From: Squalus acanthias
Lineage: Eukaryota
DNA: 64,000 nt
NCBI GenBank assembly: GCA_030390025.1
Contig: CM059432.1
Coordinates: forward strand, 103,602,001-103,666,000
Reading direction: 5' to 3'
The notes under the pieces were generated by a model. The model was not told the DNA's origin. It did not search any database and saw nothing but the letters and a program-made list of their open reading frames with translations. Position 1 is the stretch's first letter. Every line of letters begins with the position of its first letter. Below, in pieces: positions 13,505 to 25,606 of the stretch. The position numbers and the translations under genes are program-made.

Positions 13505-15618
13505 TAACACAAGAACAAATGAACAGGGTAAGACTGTAAAAAAGCAGTGGCAAACATTTAAGGAGATATTTCATAACTCTCAGTAAAGATATATTCCAGT
13601 GAGAAAGAAAGACTAAGAGAAGGATGAACCATCCATGGCTAACTAAGGAAGTAAAGGATGGTATCAAATTGAAAACAAAAGCATACAATGTTGTGAAGAA
13701 TAGTGAAAGGCCAGAGGATTGGAAAAAATTTTAAAAACCAGCAAAGGAAAATTAAAAAAATGATAAAGAGAGAGAAGATAGCTTATGAAAGTAAGCTAGC
13801 AAGAAATATAAAAACAGACAGTAAGAGCTTCTACAGGTATATAAAAAGGAAGAGAGTAGCTAAAGTAAGCGTTGGTCCCCTAGAGGATGAGTCTGGGGAA
13901 TTAATAATGGGAAACAGGGAAATGGCGGAGACTTTGAATAAATATTTTGTATCGGTCTTCACAGTAGAAGACACTAAAAGCATCCCAATAATGGATAATC
14001 ATGGGACTATTGGGGTGGGGGGTGGGAACTTAAAACAATCACCATCACTAGAGAGAAAGTACCAGGCAAACTAATTGAACTAAAGGTGGACAAGTCCCCT
14101 GGACCTGATGGCCTGCATCCTAGAGTCTTAAAAGAGGTGGCTGCAGAGATAGTGGATGCATTGGTTGTAATCTACCAAAATTCCCTGGATTCTGGAGAGG
14201 TCTCAGCGGACTGGAAAACCGCAAATGTAACACCCCTATTTAAGAAAGGAGGGAGACAGAAAGCAGGCAACTATCGACCAGTTAGCATAACATCTATCAT
14301 TGGGAAAGTGCTGGAGTCCATCATTAAGGAAGTGATAGCAGGACATTTAGAAAATCATAATATAGTCAAGCAGAGTCAGCATGGTTTTATGAAAGGGAAA
14401 TCATGTTTGACAAATTTGCTGGAGTTCTTTGAGGATGTAACGAGCAGGGTGGATAAAGGGGAACCAGAAGATGTGTATTTGGATTTCCAGAAGGCATTCG
14501 ATAAGGTGCCACATAAAAGGTTACTACACAAGATAAGAGCTCACGGGGTTGGGGGTAATATATTAGCATTGATGGAGGATTGGCTAACTAACAGAAAACA
14601 GAGAGTCGGGATAAATGGGTCATTTTCAGGTTGGCAAACTGTAACTAGTGGGGTGCTGCAGGGATCAGTGCTGGGGCCTCAAATATTTACAATCTATATT
14701 AATGACTTGGATGAAGGGACCGAGTGTAATGTAGCCAAATTTGCTGATGATACAAAGATAGGTGGGACAGCAAATTGTGTGGAGGACACAAAGAATCTCC
14801 AAAGGGATATAGATAGGCTAAGTGAGTGGGCAAAAATCTGGCAGATAGAGGATAATGTGGGAAAAATAAAAAGCAAATTATTATTTAAATGGGGAGAGAT
14901 TACAAAATGCTGAGGTACAGAGGGATCTGGGGGTCCTTGTACATGAATCACAAAAAGTTAGCATGCAGGTACAGCAAGTAATTAGGAAGGCAAATGAAAT
15001 GTTGGCCTTTATTGCAAAGGGAATAGAATATAAAAGCAGGGAAGTCCTGTTACAACTGTACAGGGCATTGGTGAGACCACACCTGGAGTACTGCATACAG
15101 TTTTGGTCTCCTTATTTAAGGAAGGATATACTTGCATTAGAGGCAGTTCAGAGAAGGTTCACGAGGTTGATTCTGGAGATTAAGGGGTTGTCTTATGAAG
15201 AAAGGTTGGGCCTATACTCATTGGAGTTTAGAAGAATGAGAGGTGATCTTATTGAAACATAAAAGATTCTGAAAGGGCTTGACAGGGTTGATGCAGAGAG
15301 GATGTTTCCCCTCATGGGGGAATCTAGAACTGGGGGGCATAATTTCCAGAATAAGAGGAAACCCTTTTACATCGGAAATTAGGAGGAATTTCTTCTCTCA
15401 GAGGATCGTGAATCTTTGGAATTCTCTTCCCCAGAGAGCTGTGGAGGCTGGGTCATTGAATATATTTAAGGCGGAGATAGACAGATTTTTGAACGATAAG
15501 GGAGTCAAGGGTTATGGGGAGTGGGCAGGGAAGTGGAGTTGAGGCCAAGATCAGATCAGCCATGATCTTATTGAATGGCGGAGCAGACTCGAGGGGTAAA
15601 ATGACCTACTCCTGCTCC
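13505..15618 (+). mobile_element. CR1 LINE, 5'-truncated, frameshifted ORF2 (RT)
   Basis: ORFs 13703-14074, 14086-14913 (KSPGPDG, LDFQKAFDKVPH, QGSVLGP, FADD), 14963-15262 and 15279-15542. Confidence 0.95.
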
Positions 15619-15623
15619 AAATG

Positions 15624-15948
15624 GGAGCAGGAGTAGGCCATACAGCCCCTTGAGGCTGCTCTGCCATTCAATAAGATCATGGCAGAACTTCTACATCAAC
15701 TCCACTTTCCTGCCCTATCCCCATTACCCTCGATTCCCTTAGTGTTCAAATATCTATCGATCTCTGTCTTAAATATACTCAACAACGGAGGATCCACAGC
15801 CCTCTGGGGTAGAGAATTCCAAAGATTCACAACCCTTTGAGTGAAGAAATTTCTCCACATCTCAGTCCTAAATGGTTGACCCCTTATTCTGAGACTGTGA
15901 CCCCTAATTCTAGACTCCCCAGCTAGGGGAAGCAGTCTCTCAATATCA
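15624..15948 (-). mobile_element. CR1 LINE 3' fragment, tail-to-tail with the previous copy
   Basis: RNFFTQRVVNLWNSLPQ motif on the minus strand; CR1 3' UTR. Confidence 0.92.
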
Positions 15949-16119
15949 CAAGACATGGTTGGCTCACTATCATGCCCATCATTTCAGAAGGCCGAAAGAC
16001 AAGGTGGAGGGAGGAAGACAGGGAAATTATTCCCTCTTTATAAATATATAAAATCTAATTACATTTTACAAAAATAATTACTCTCACATGGTACAAAGTT
16101 CAATTTTATTCAAACTCCT

Positions 16120-16380
16120 TACATAGGATTAGATAGGATATAAAGCACAGAAACAGGCCATTCAGTCCATGCTGGTGTTTATGCTCCACTCAAGCCTACT
16201 CCCATCCTTCCTCATCTAACTCTATCAGCATAACCCTCTGTTCCCTTCTCCCTCATATGCCTCCCCTTAAATGCATCTATACTATTTGCTTCAACCACTC
16301 CCTGTGGTAGCGAGTTCCACATTCTCACCACTCTCTGGGTAAAGAAGTTTCTTCTGAATTCCCGATTTGATTTCTTGATT
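16120..16380 (-). mobile_element. CR1 LINE 3' fragment (different subfamily)
   Basis: FRRNFFTQRVVRMWNSLPQ. Confidence 0.85.
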
Positions 16381-16394
16381 TGAACTCCTCGTGA

Positions 16395-16650
16395 CTCAGT
16401 AGATAAATGCACCACATTTAGTGCACCGCATATGGACGAGGAAGGTCCCAGCTACAGCTCCCTAATCTGCGCAGTTAGCTCAGCTCAGCCAGTGCAGTTG
16501 TGACATGACACAATTAGCCTCACCTTCCCCCTGATTAGGAAGGGGAAAAGCACATCATTTTCACCACTGACTGATATCCAGGGACCACTGCTGGAAAGTA
16601 AGTGTGTAGGCTGGAAAGTAAGTGTGTAGGCTGCAAAGGATTAACTGTGA
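16395..16650 (+). mobile_element. tRNA-derived SINE family C (AmnSINE2-like) with an internal 20-bp tandem duplication at 16591-16630
   Basis: GGAAGGTCCCAG..GTTAGCT..CTCAGCC..CAATTAGCCTCA core recurs many times in the window. Confidence 0.6.
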
Positions 16651-18167
16651 TGGTTTTCTCCTCACCTCCTCCCAGCTTGAAAAAGGCACCGATACTCACT
16701 GGCAACAACAATTTGAATTTAAATAGTACCATTAACATTTTAAAAAATGGACAGCAAGCCGGGAAAGGTGAGACCAAAAGTTTGGTTGAAGGGGTGAAGT
16801 TTTTCAAAAGGTAAAGAGAGAGATGGACAAGCAGAGGGGTTTAAGGAAGGAATTCAAAAGAGTAGGAGTAAATTACTCCTTTCTTGGAAATTATAGATCC
16901 AAAATTCCAGTGAGAAGGTGACATTTTTGGTCTTTTCAGAACCTATCCACAAGATTGTGGTCTTTTTCTTTAAATTCCAGAACCAGTTCATCTTCCATTT
17001 CCTGACAGTTATGTTTGCTACAAACATGTCCCCAACTACTTAAATTACTGCTAAAAATCACTCCCTTTTTTGTCACCTTCTCTTGCATTTTGGGGAAACT
17101 TCTGATAAGACAGAGTCCAGAAACAGGTCCTGCAGGTTTCTCTGGAGGTACTGAAATAGCTCCTGGATGATGTGACTGCCATTTTCCCCATTAGTCAGTT
17201 AGTCAAACTCCAATTGGACTTGATTCAGATCCAGCACCTCCACTCCTCTCCATGTGAAAACAAGTATGAACCTCTATGCTGATAGTTTTCAATAGCATTC
17301 AATCTCAATAGACATTCTACATTTTAGGTAGGGCATAAGGCTATCTTGTGACTTAAAAATACAATTTCAAACTACAAATAATTTAAGTTAAATTGCTTTC
17401 ATGACTAAAATTAAGTGCAAGTTTAGACTGTCAGTCAGAGCATATTTAAGTCACATTTTGAAGAACATCAAGACACACAGCAACTTTAAGACAGCTAGAT
17501 TGTCTCCCACCCCCATCAAAATGCTTTGTCAAAATTATTTTGATTCACATCCACTTTCCATTATTGTTAATCACTTTGTGTTCCTAGTTTTTTGCTTTGA
17601 AGCAAAGTAATCTGTAAAATAGAGTACATTATTATAAAAAAGAAACAAACAACAAAGGAAACCGTTCAAAACCACATAAGGAAAATCCTATAGCTATAAC
17701 CATATGTGTTATTGAAGTAAGATGTCACAACAGCTTATTAAAACATTATGAGGCTTTTTGTTAAATGCCTATGGAACATTAATGGGTAATAACAGGGCTA
17801 GCTACAGGACAGAAGTGGTCCAAGGCCACCTTAGATCACGGAATAACAGTGGTCGCCAACTCAAAAAAATGAAACCATTTGTTCCGATCAGAAGTTGAGA
17901 AAGAAGGAAATGAGAAAAATCTGTACATGGATGGAACTTGCTCTTATGAAACTTGTTCGTAAGTGGTGCAGCCTGTATACATGACCTCTGATATAACACA
18001 TATGGCAAACAGCTCCCTCACTAATAGAGAAGCCATATAAAACAACAAGCCTGCACTATAACATATTCTCAAAAACACCATTGCAGTGGTTCCACTGTGA
18101 TATGCAGATCTCGCATGATACTTGCTTCATGAAAAAGTTATCCAAAAGCTTTTGAGGCCAAGGGGGG

Positions 18168-20200
18168 TTGTAACTTTAAATCCAGCCTAATGTAATAAGC
18201 TTCAAAAATAATCTAGAAAAACCAGTAACCCCAGAAAGTTAGCCTGAGGTTGAGCCAATTCAGAAAAACTGGAGAATAAACTACAGAATGTACCACAAAC
18301 TGCTGCTTTCATAGAAAACTGGACAGAGAAAAAAATCAAAACATACTAATGTTAATTATGTACTTCACATACCATTAGATTCATTTAAAACAAAAATAGA
18401 GAAACTGCTCCAATAAAAAAATTCCAAACTTCAACACATTTTAAATTGTTTTGGTAACTCTAGCTGCAAAGCACTGGACTCGAATTTAAATCCCAATCTC
18501 CAATTATTTTTTTGTATATTAGGTGACATAACAACAAGGTCCAGCTGGAAAGAACAAATTCAAAAAGACATCTCATGAATTCACCTGTACTGGTAATTCC
18601 AACAATCCAAATCAGCAGTACTTTGGACTTGATTGACTCTTTCTATCGCTCAGCTGGCCTGCTCGATGGAGCGCTTCATTGCAGCAGTTAGCTCCATCGT
18701 GAGGGAGAAGAAAAAGGGAAAATAGTAGAACCAACCTACTGAGGCACAACACCTCCCCAACTGAAAAAGCCAGCAGTTGTCATCATCTGGTCTAACAGTG
18801 GCATGAAGTTTAAAAGTAAAACACCATCTATTGAGATTGAATATATTATAGATAGAGATATAGGGGATATAAGGATATTGTACCGACATATACACAACCT
18901 GTCATCTGACACATCATGTTCTCTGGTTACATCACAACCCTTCCAAGATTTCATTTGTTTATTTTTTCACAAACCCAGTTTCATCATTCCATGTAATTTT
19001 AAAAACGATTAAAAAGAAAAACAGGAATTGTTTTTATTTTGTAAAATAAAACTGGAGTGAAGCTGAAGGCTAGAAGGATTCTGACTATATTTAGAAGCAC
19101 TCAAAGTTTTGGTGTACATTATATGATCCTTTTTACTTTTTTGCCTCACATTGGTTACTCCAGTCTCGATTTCTGGATTTCAGTTTGACTTCTTTTGCAG
19201 AACTTCCATTATAATAATAAATACACCGGGCAGAAATTTATGTTTTACTTTTAAAGGGTATTTCATATAGTTTTAAACTCTACCATAGAATATGTAAGTT
19301 CACATTTACACGAACTTCATCTGATGTGCTGCTCTGGTCATTGTCAGGAATCAGGGACAGGCAGGGAATGGCTACACAAGACAACAGTATCACAAAATGA
19401 TATTTTGGCTGAGCTCCCCCCTCCTCCAATCCCAATATTAAAAAGATTTTAACATCTTAAAATTTTAAGACGCAAAAACTTTACAGACTCACGTCCCATA
19501 AACTCCACTAAAACAAATTCTTATACAGGTCATGGGGCCAAAGCCCTCATCATTATTTGATTAAACAATAAGTCATTACAACAGTTGTTTGCTACAATGT
19601 TTATGATTTTAATGTACAGCCTCCCCTCCCCAAGCAGCCAACTGCCACTTACTAAACCTGCATGCAGTTACAGAAACAGTAAATATAACATGCCACGTCC
19701 AACATGATAACAATGAACTACTTCTGAAGCACAAAACTCTAAGTTACGCCTGTGCGCTATATACAGTACATGCTGTCCAATTCACCCAGCGCTTTATCAC
19801 AATACACAGCCGCTCCAAATTCTCACATCAGCCTGCTCTTAATCTAAAACTAATTTCGGGACTGCAATAGGACACCTTTCATAGCAAATGCGGAATTAGA
19901 GTCGAATGCTTTGCAGCTAGAGTTACTGAAACAATTTAAAATGTGTCGAAGTTTGGAGTTTTTTTATTGGAGCAGTTTCTCTTTTTTTTTAAATGGATTT
20001 AATGGTATGTGAATAATTAACATTAGTTTTGACTTTCTTCTCTCCAGTTTTCGCTGAAAGCAGCAGTTTGTGGTACATTCTGTAGTTTTTTTCCCCAGTT
20101 TTTCCTGAATTGCCTCGATCTCAGGCTAACTTTCTGGGATTACTGGTCTTTCTAGATTATTTTTGAAGCTAATTACATTAAGCTGGATTTGAATTTACAA
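18168..20200. repeat. ~310-bp inverted repeat (18168-18486 / 19894-20200), ~1.4-kb spacer
   Basis: CTACAGAATGTACCACAAACTGCTGCTTTCA pairs with TGAAAGCAGCAGTTTGTGGTACATTCTGTAG; complementarity extends over the whole arm. Confidence 0.93.
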
Positions 20201-20279
20201 TGTTTACCCCTCCCTACTCCTAATCTAAAAAACTAAATCCAGGACTGCAATAGGACATCTTTCAACTAACAAACGCTGG
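19832..20279 (+). repeat. ~60-bp direct repeat (19832-19893 / 20213-20279) flanking the inverted arm
   Basis: TAATCTAAAA..CTAA.T.C.GGACTGCAATAGGACA.CTTTCA on both sides. Confidence 0.88.
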
Positions 20280-20538
20280 CCAGTCAGTCTAAGCTGCCAG
20301 CCAAAAATAATTCAGATGGTTACAAGTCTGTTTAACCACACTACAGGAAGGGTTGGGCTCGACGAAGGCGAGTGAAAAAATGACAGAATTTAAAAACATA
20401 AGGTTTTCTGCTCATAATGCAGCAACAACTCTCAATATTATATGATTTGATGGAGTATCCAGCTTTCTGCATAGTTTATACTGCATTTCAACCCAAAATT
20501 CAGAACAGTGCCTTGTCCATCACTAGGCCCACTCCATT

Positions 20539-20970
20539 GGTGTCTGTCATGGCTCAGTGGTAGCACTCTCGCCTCCGAGTCAGAAGGTTGTGGGTTCAAG
20601 TTCCACTCCAGAAACTTGAGCACAAAACTTAGGCCAACACTGCAGTGTAGTCAGAAGTGCTGTCTTTCGGATGAGACGTTAAACCGAGGCACTGTCTGCT
20701 CTCTCAGGTGGATGTAAAAGATCGCATGGCACTATTTCAAAGAAGCAGAGGGGAGTTATCCCCGGTGTCCTGGACAACATTTATCCGTCAACCATCATCT
20801 CTAAGAAACAAATTATATGGTCATTATCACATTGCTGTTTGTGGGACTTTGGTGTGCTGCTGCGTTTCTTACATTACTACAGTGACTACACTTCAAAAAG
20901 TACTTAATTGACAGTAAAGCGCTTTGGGATATCCTGAGGTCGTGAAAGGCGCAAGGCTTTCTTTCTCTTT
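20539..20970 (+). mobile_element. DeuSINE (SacSINE1-like), near full length
   Basis: A box TGGCTCAGTGG, B box GGTTCAAGT, Deu core GTCTTTCGGATGAGACGTTAAACCGAGG, L2-like tail. Confidence 0.85.
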
Positions 20971-21174
20971 TCCATGTCCATTTATGAAACTACCAAAACA
21001 AATGCTAAATTCAAGATGGTTCAATGTTACAAATGCGTTGTCTGCATTCCTCCTTGGAAGCTAACTGATGAATTTGGCCTGTGCTAGTCTGATGATTTAA
21101 GGTTAAAATTCAATTGGCAGCAATACCGCAAAGATGTTTTTGAAAAACATTTCAAAACATACAGTTTATATGAT

Positions 21175-21365
21175 AGAGGGGCTGGACGAGACAATGAGTT
21201 AGAACACTCTTCTTTCTGCTCTGACGCTTGGGTCTGAATCCAGCTTGGCCAGACAGGATGAAAATCTACTCTATCTTACAGCTGTTATGGTACTAAGGAA
21301 AATGATTTCAAGCACAGATCTCAAAAGCAGTTCCCAGTAGATCTGACTCCACATATCAAAGTTTC
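21175..21365 (+). mobile_element. LF-SINE-like remnant
   Basis: GGTCTGAATCCAGC..GAAAATGA..TCTCA..CAGTTCCCAGTAGA..TCCACAT follows the order of recalled LF-SINE blocks. Confidence 0.4.
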
Positions 21366-21829
21366 CTCTACAATACAGAACTAGTACAAAATATATAAAT
21401 GAATAAAACAAATGTTACAGGATTCACTTTTGTGTATATCTGTGTCACTGCAGTTTAAATGGATATACATTAAAGCGATACAATATGAGGGCTTTTGCAA
21501 GCTGGCTCCACTCTTTGAACAACATACACCAAAATTTCTCCATGTTAACCACTAGCGTACAACTACAAAAGATGCTCAGTTCCAACTTCTCCTGGGCAAT
21601 TGCTTTTTAATGAACTTTAATTTTGCTTTAAGTGTTGAAAATATACTGTGAGATACACAATTGTGCTTTAACTGTCTCATAGCTTATATCTTGATTGGAA
21701 AATGTATGGCAACACACTCTACCTAAAGGACACTGTGTAAAGTATAAAATGAAAAGGGAGACTATGTTCTGCATGTATTTACAGAAAACATATGTAATAA
21801 AAAATTTAAAATTCAAATAATTCATTACT

Positions 21830-22162
21830 TTTAGAAAGCAGTGACTGCAGTTATGTAGGCAAATGCAACAGTCATTCTGCCCCAGCAACATCCCATAAAC
21901 ATTAGTATGATGACTGATGATTTAATCTGTTTATTGGGGATGCTGTTTGTGGGAAGAATCTTGGTCAGGACACCAAGAGAATTCCATGCTCATCTTTGAA
22001 TACTACCTGAACGGCCAGAAGGAAGGCACCTGCAACAATGCAGCACTCCTTCAGTACAGCACTGAGGTGTCAGCCTAGATTATACATTCAAGTTTTGGTG
22101 TAGCACTAAAACCCAAAACCATCCAATCCAGCGTCAAGAGTACTAATAACTGAGTCAAGCTA
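21830..22162 (-). mobile_element. DeuSINE, degraded
   Basis: GGCACCTGCAACAATGCAGCACTCCTTCAGTACAGCACTG..GTCAGCCTAGATTAT is the reverse complement of the family core. Confidence 0.7.
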
Positions 22163-22199
22163 AAACACAAAATTGCACTTTAAAAAAGGCATCATCCAA

Positions 22200-22830
22200 G
22201 CTCCCCTGATGCCTCAGTGGCAAATACAAAGTGTGTGGTGTGATAGTGAGCCATGCAGAGTAGGAAGGGTCCTGGGTTGAAACCCGAATATATCCTGAGA
22301 TAGTTAATTGGTTTTATTTATAAGGAGAAACTTAGGAGGAGCGATTATAAAAACTGGGGCTCTTTTCGTTAGAGCAGAATAGATTAAGAACTGCTCAAAA
22401 TTATGAAGCATTTTGATAAGATAAATAGGGAAAAACTATTTCCACTGTGTATAAATTTAAAGTCATCACCAAAAGAATGAATGAAGGGAGAGGTTAGGAT
22501 TTTTTTAAACCAACATTGTTAAGACATATCCTAACTGAAACAACGATGAAATCTCAAACCATAATTAAGTTTTTGAAATGGAAAAAAGGAAGTTGGTAAA
22601 TATTTGAAAAAGAAAAAAATTAAATTGGCATGAGGAAACGGCAGGGGGATAGCTCTTTCTGAGAACTGGTGCAGGGATGATGGGCTAAATGGCTGTAAAT
22701 GTTGATGATTGTACATCAGTCAAGACAGCAGTGAGAACTTGAAAAGAAAATTAGCCAGGGTCCTCTCCCCTAATCACGTGGAGGACTGTATGTGGATGTC
22801 AGGCGAGTGCGATAGATATACACCTGATGC
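22200..22830 (+). mobile_element. SINE family C interrupted by an old CR1 3' fragment (~22325-22715)
   Basis: SINE head at 22205-22310 resumes at ~22720 (CAGTCAAGACAGCAG..AAAATTAGCCAGGGTCC). The intervening sequence has CR1 motifs (GGGCTCTTTTCGTTAGAGCAGA..; GATGGGCTAAATGGC). Confidence 0.55.
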
Positions 22831-23544
22831 AAGACTAATGTATTTAAACAGGGAAAGAAAAAATATTCTGTGGATCAGGTTTTAAAATATCCAATCAAAC
22901 AACTAAATGTTTGGGTTTACCACACTTTCAATTGCAGTCGCTCTTAATTCAAAGTCGCTTCATTTGAATTATCTGATAATTCAATTCTTTTTAGTACTAA
23001 ATTCCTACTTTCCTGTGTTATTTACATTGCTTAATTCAAATTACTAGATCATTTATATTTTTAATGCAAAAAAGAATTTTGAATCGTCAGCAGTAGATTG
23101 CAGTATGCTTCAATGTATGTGTCTTCTGATCACTAGAAACACAGCTTCCTCTAACTAAAATATTGGAAACAACATATCCACAATTGTCCTCCTAGTATGT
23201 AGGAAGGTTGTAAATCCATAAAATGTGGTATTACCGTGCACAGCTGCACTCCCATTATTTTAGTAAATCCTGAAAACCTCTGCTGTGTTAAACGTAGATG
23301 GCAAATTAGTACTCAAAAAATTATTCTTCTGCTCCATTTTGTAATTATTCTCACATTAGTCCCCAAGAAAGAAGGAGCCAGGTGACAAAAGCTACTGGTG
23401 CTGGTCTGCACTTAAGCCACCAACCCTTCAAACATCCCTCCCCTGAGCATCTTGCCTCATTCTTTGCAGAGATCAGGAACTCACCACACAAGGGATTGTG
23501 GAAGAACACATTCGTACATCAACCAGCTGTGTCACTATAATGTA

Positions 23545-24095
23545 TTTCTTTATTCATTCTCGGGATGTGGGCGTCACTGGCAAGGCAGGCATTTATTCCC
23601 CATCCCTCGTTGCCCATGAAAAGATGGTGGTGAACAGCCTTCTTGAACTGCTGCAGTCCATTTGGTGAAGGTGCTCCCACAGTGCTGATAAGTAGGGAGT
23701 TCCGGGATTTCGACCCAGCAACGATGAAGGATCAGCGATATATGTCCAAGTCAGGATGGTAGGCGACTTGGAAAGGAACTAGGAGGGGGTGGTGTTCCCA
23801 TGCACCTGTTGTCCTTGTATTTCTTGGTGGTGGAGGTTGCGGGTTTGGCAGGTGCTGCAGTACATCCTATAGATAGTACACACTGCAGCCACGGTACACC
23901 GGTGGTGGAGGGAGTGGATGTTTAAGCTGGTGGATGGGATGCTGATCAAGCGGACTGCTTTGTCATGGATGGCTGCACCCATCTAGGCAAGTGGAGAGTA
24001 TTCCTTCACACACCTGACTTGTGCTTTGTAGGTGGTGGAGATTCTTTGGGGAGTCAGAAGGTGAGCCACTCGCTGCAGAATACCCAGCCGCTGAA
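23545..24095 (-). mobile_element. Second LINE family (CR1/L2 group) 3' fragment with internal deletions
   Basis: NIHSLHHRCTVAAVCTIYRM; its 3' end is shared with SINE family B. Confidence 0.8.
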
Positions 24096-24837
24096 GTGCT
24101 CCAATAGCCGCAGCATTTATATACAACCAATATTGCTTTCTTACATATTACTTGATTTATAGTTCCTCTACAAACAATCTTTTCATATGAAAACTCTACA
24201 ATAATTGTAAAAGTACATTTGTTATTGATAACAAAATTAGCGTACTGATGCTTTGGGACTTGAATAGATTTCACAAGGATTAAACATTAAATCCACAATC
24301 CAAACTCTGCCCTACAATACTACAGCCTGTAATAATTCACAAGTGCTATACCATACTAAGCACAGCTCAGAAGCATCATATAGCAATGTTTAATAATGCA
24401 GTAATAATGAATATTCTGCTGCATCTTATGCTACAATGGGTACAGAATTGATAAAATGATTGATGCAGCCAAGTCTTCTAATCACTGCTCAGCCCTCTAT
24501 TGTTTTAGAAATGCAGGAAAGTTACTCCATATTAATGCCCGCTGACTTGATCAATAGAATGGCTTGTCTTCTTTAATATAAAATTTATTTTGATAATCAT
24601 ATAGAAGGGCTGCGTTATCTGCATTAAATCTCTCTCATTTCACATGTAAAGTCCATCAATAGAGACTAACATAATGGATGTGGTGGTAAGTAATCTTCAA
24701 GGAACCATGATGCATTTCATAGAAATGCAACTCAGCACAGTTTATTGATAAGACATGAATTCAGCGTTTGCTACAGCTATTTAGTTTGTTTAGATGAAGA
24801 TAACTATGGCATAGCCACAGTTATGTCCTTCATTTCT

Positions 24838-25279
24838 GCACTCTCGCCTCAGAGTCAAAAAGTTGTGGGTTCAAGTCCCACTCCAGGGGCTTAAAGCACA
24901 AAATGTAACCGGACATGCCAGTGCCTTACTGAGGGACTGCTGCAGTGCCAGAGGCTCCGTCTTTCAGATAAGACATTAAACCAAGGCCTGTCTGCCCTCT
25001 CAGGCCAGTGTAAAAGATCTCCTGACACTATTCGAAAAAGAGCAGGGGAGTTCTCCCCGGTGTCCTGGCCAATATTTATCCCTCAACCAACATCACTAAA
25101 ACAGTTTATCTGGTCATTATCGCGTTGCTGTTTGTAGGACCCTGCTGTGTGCATATTGGCTGCTGTGTGTCCTACATTACAACAGTCACTATACTTCAAA
25201 AAGTACTCAATTGGCTGTAAAGCACTTTGGGATGTCCTGAGGTCATGAAAGGCACTATATGAATGCCAGTCTTTCTTTC
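24838..25279 (+). mobile_element. DeuSINE (SacSINE1-like)
   Basis: Collinear with 20539-20970; tail GGCACTATATGAATGCCAGTCTTTCTTT. Confidence 0.85.
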
Positions 25280-25606
25280 CATCAGTACACAAAACAAAAA
25301 CAGGCAAATGGTGGTGATATCTACACGTAATCAAATCTCTACCCTTGAGGACTGGAAAATAAAATTGGGCACAAGGGACAAAAATAAAATCCCAGCTGCT
25401 GATTCAGATTTTCCCTTTAGGTTTCGTCGGCATCACCACTCACACTAATCTTTCAATTCTCAGAAGCTGAAACACAGCAGATTGCTCTGCCTGCCAAACT
25501 GGCAGCAATTTTCCACGGCAAAGACAGTCACATTTCAGGTAAACACATACAACACAGAGCAGTTATGTTTTATGATATATATATATATATATATATTTAT
25601 TATATT

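Noticed and set aside
18168-20200. Long-TIR DNA transposon
   Set aside because: No TSD around the outer ends and no transposase remnant; the direct repeat brackets only the right arm.
20550-20612. tRNA-like sequences (also ~25607, ~26880, ~58540)
   Set aside because: These are SINE heads followed by SINE bodies, not tRNA genes.
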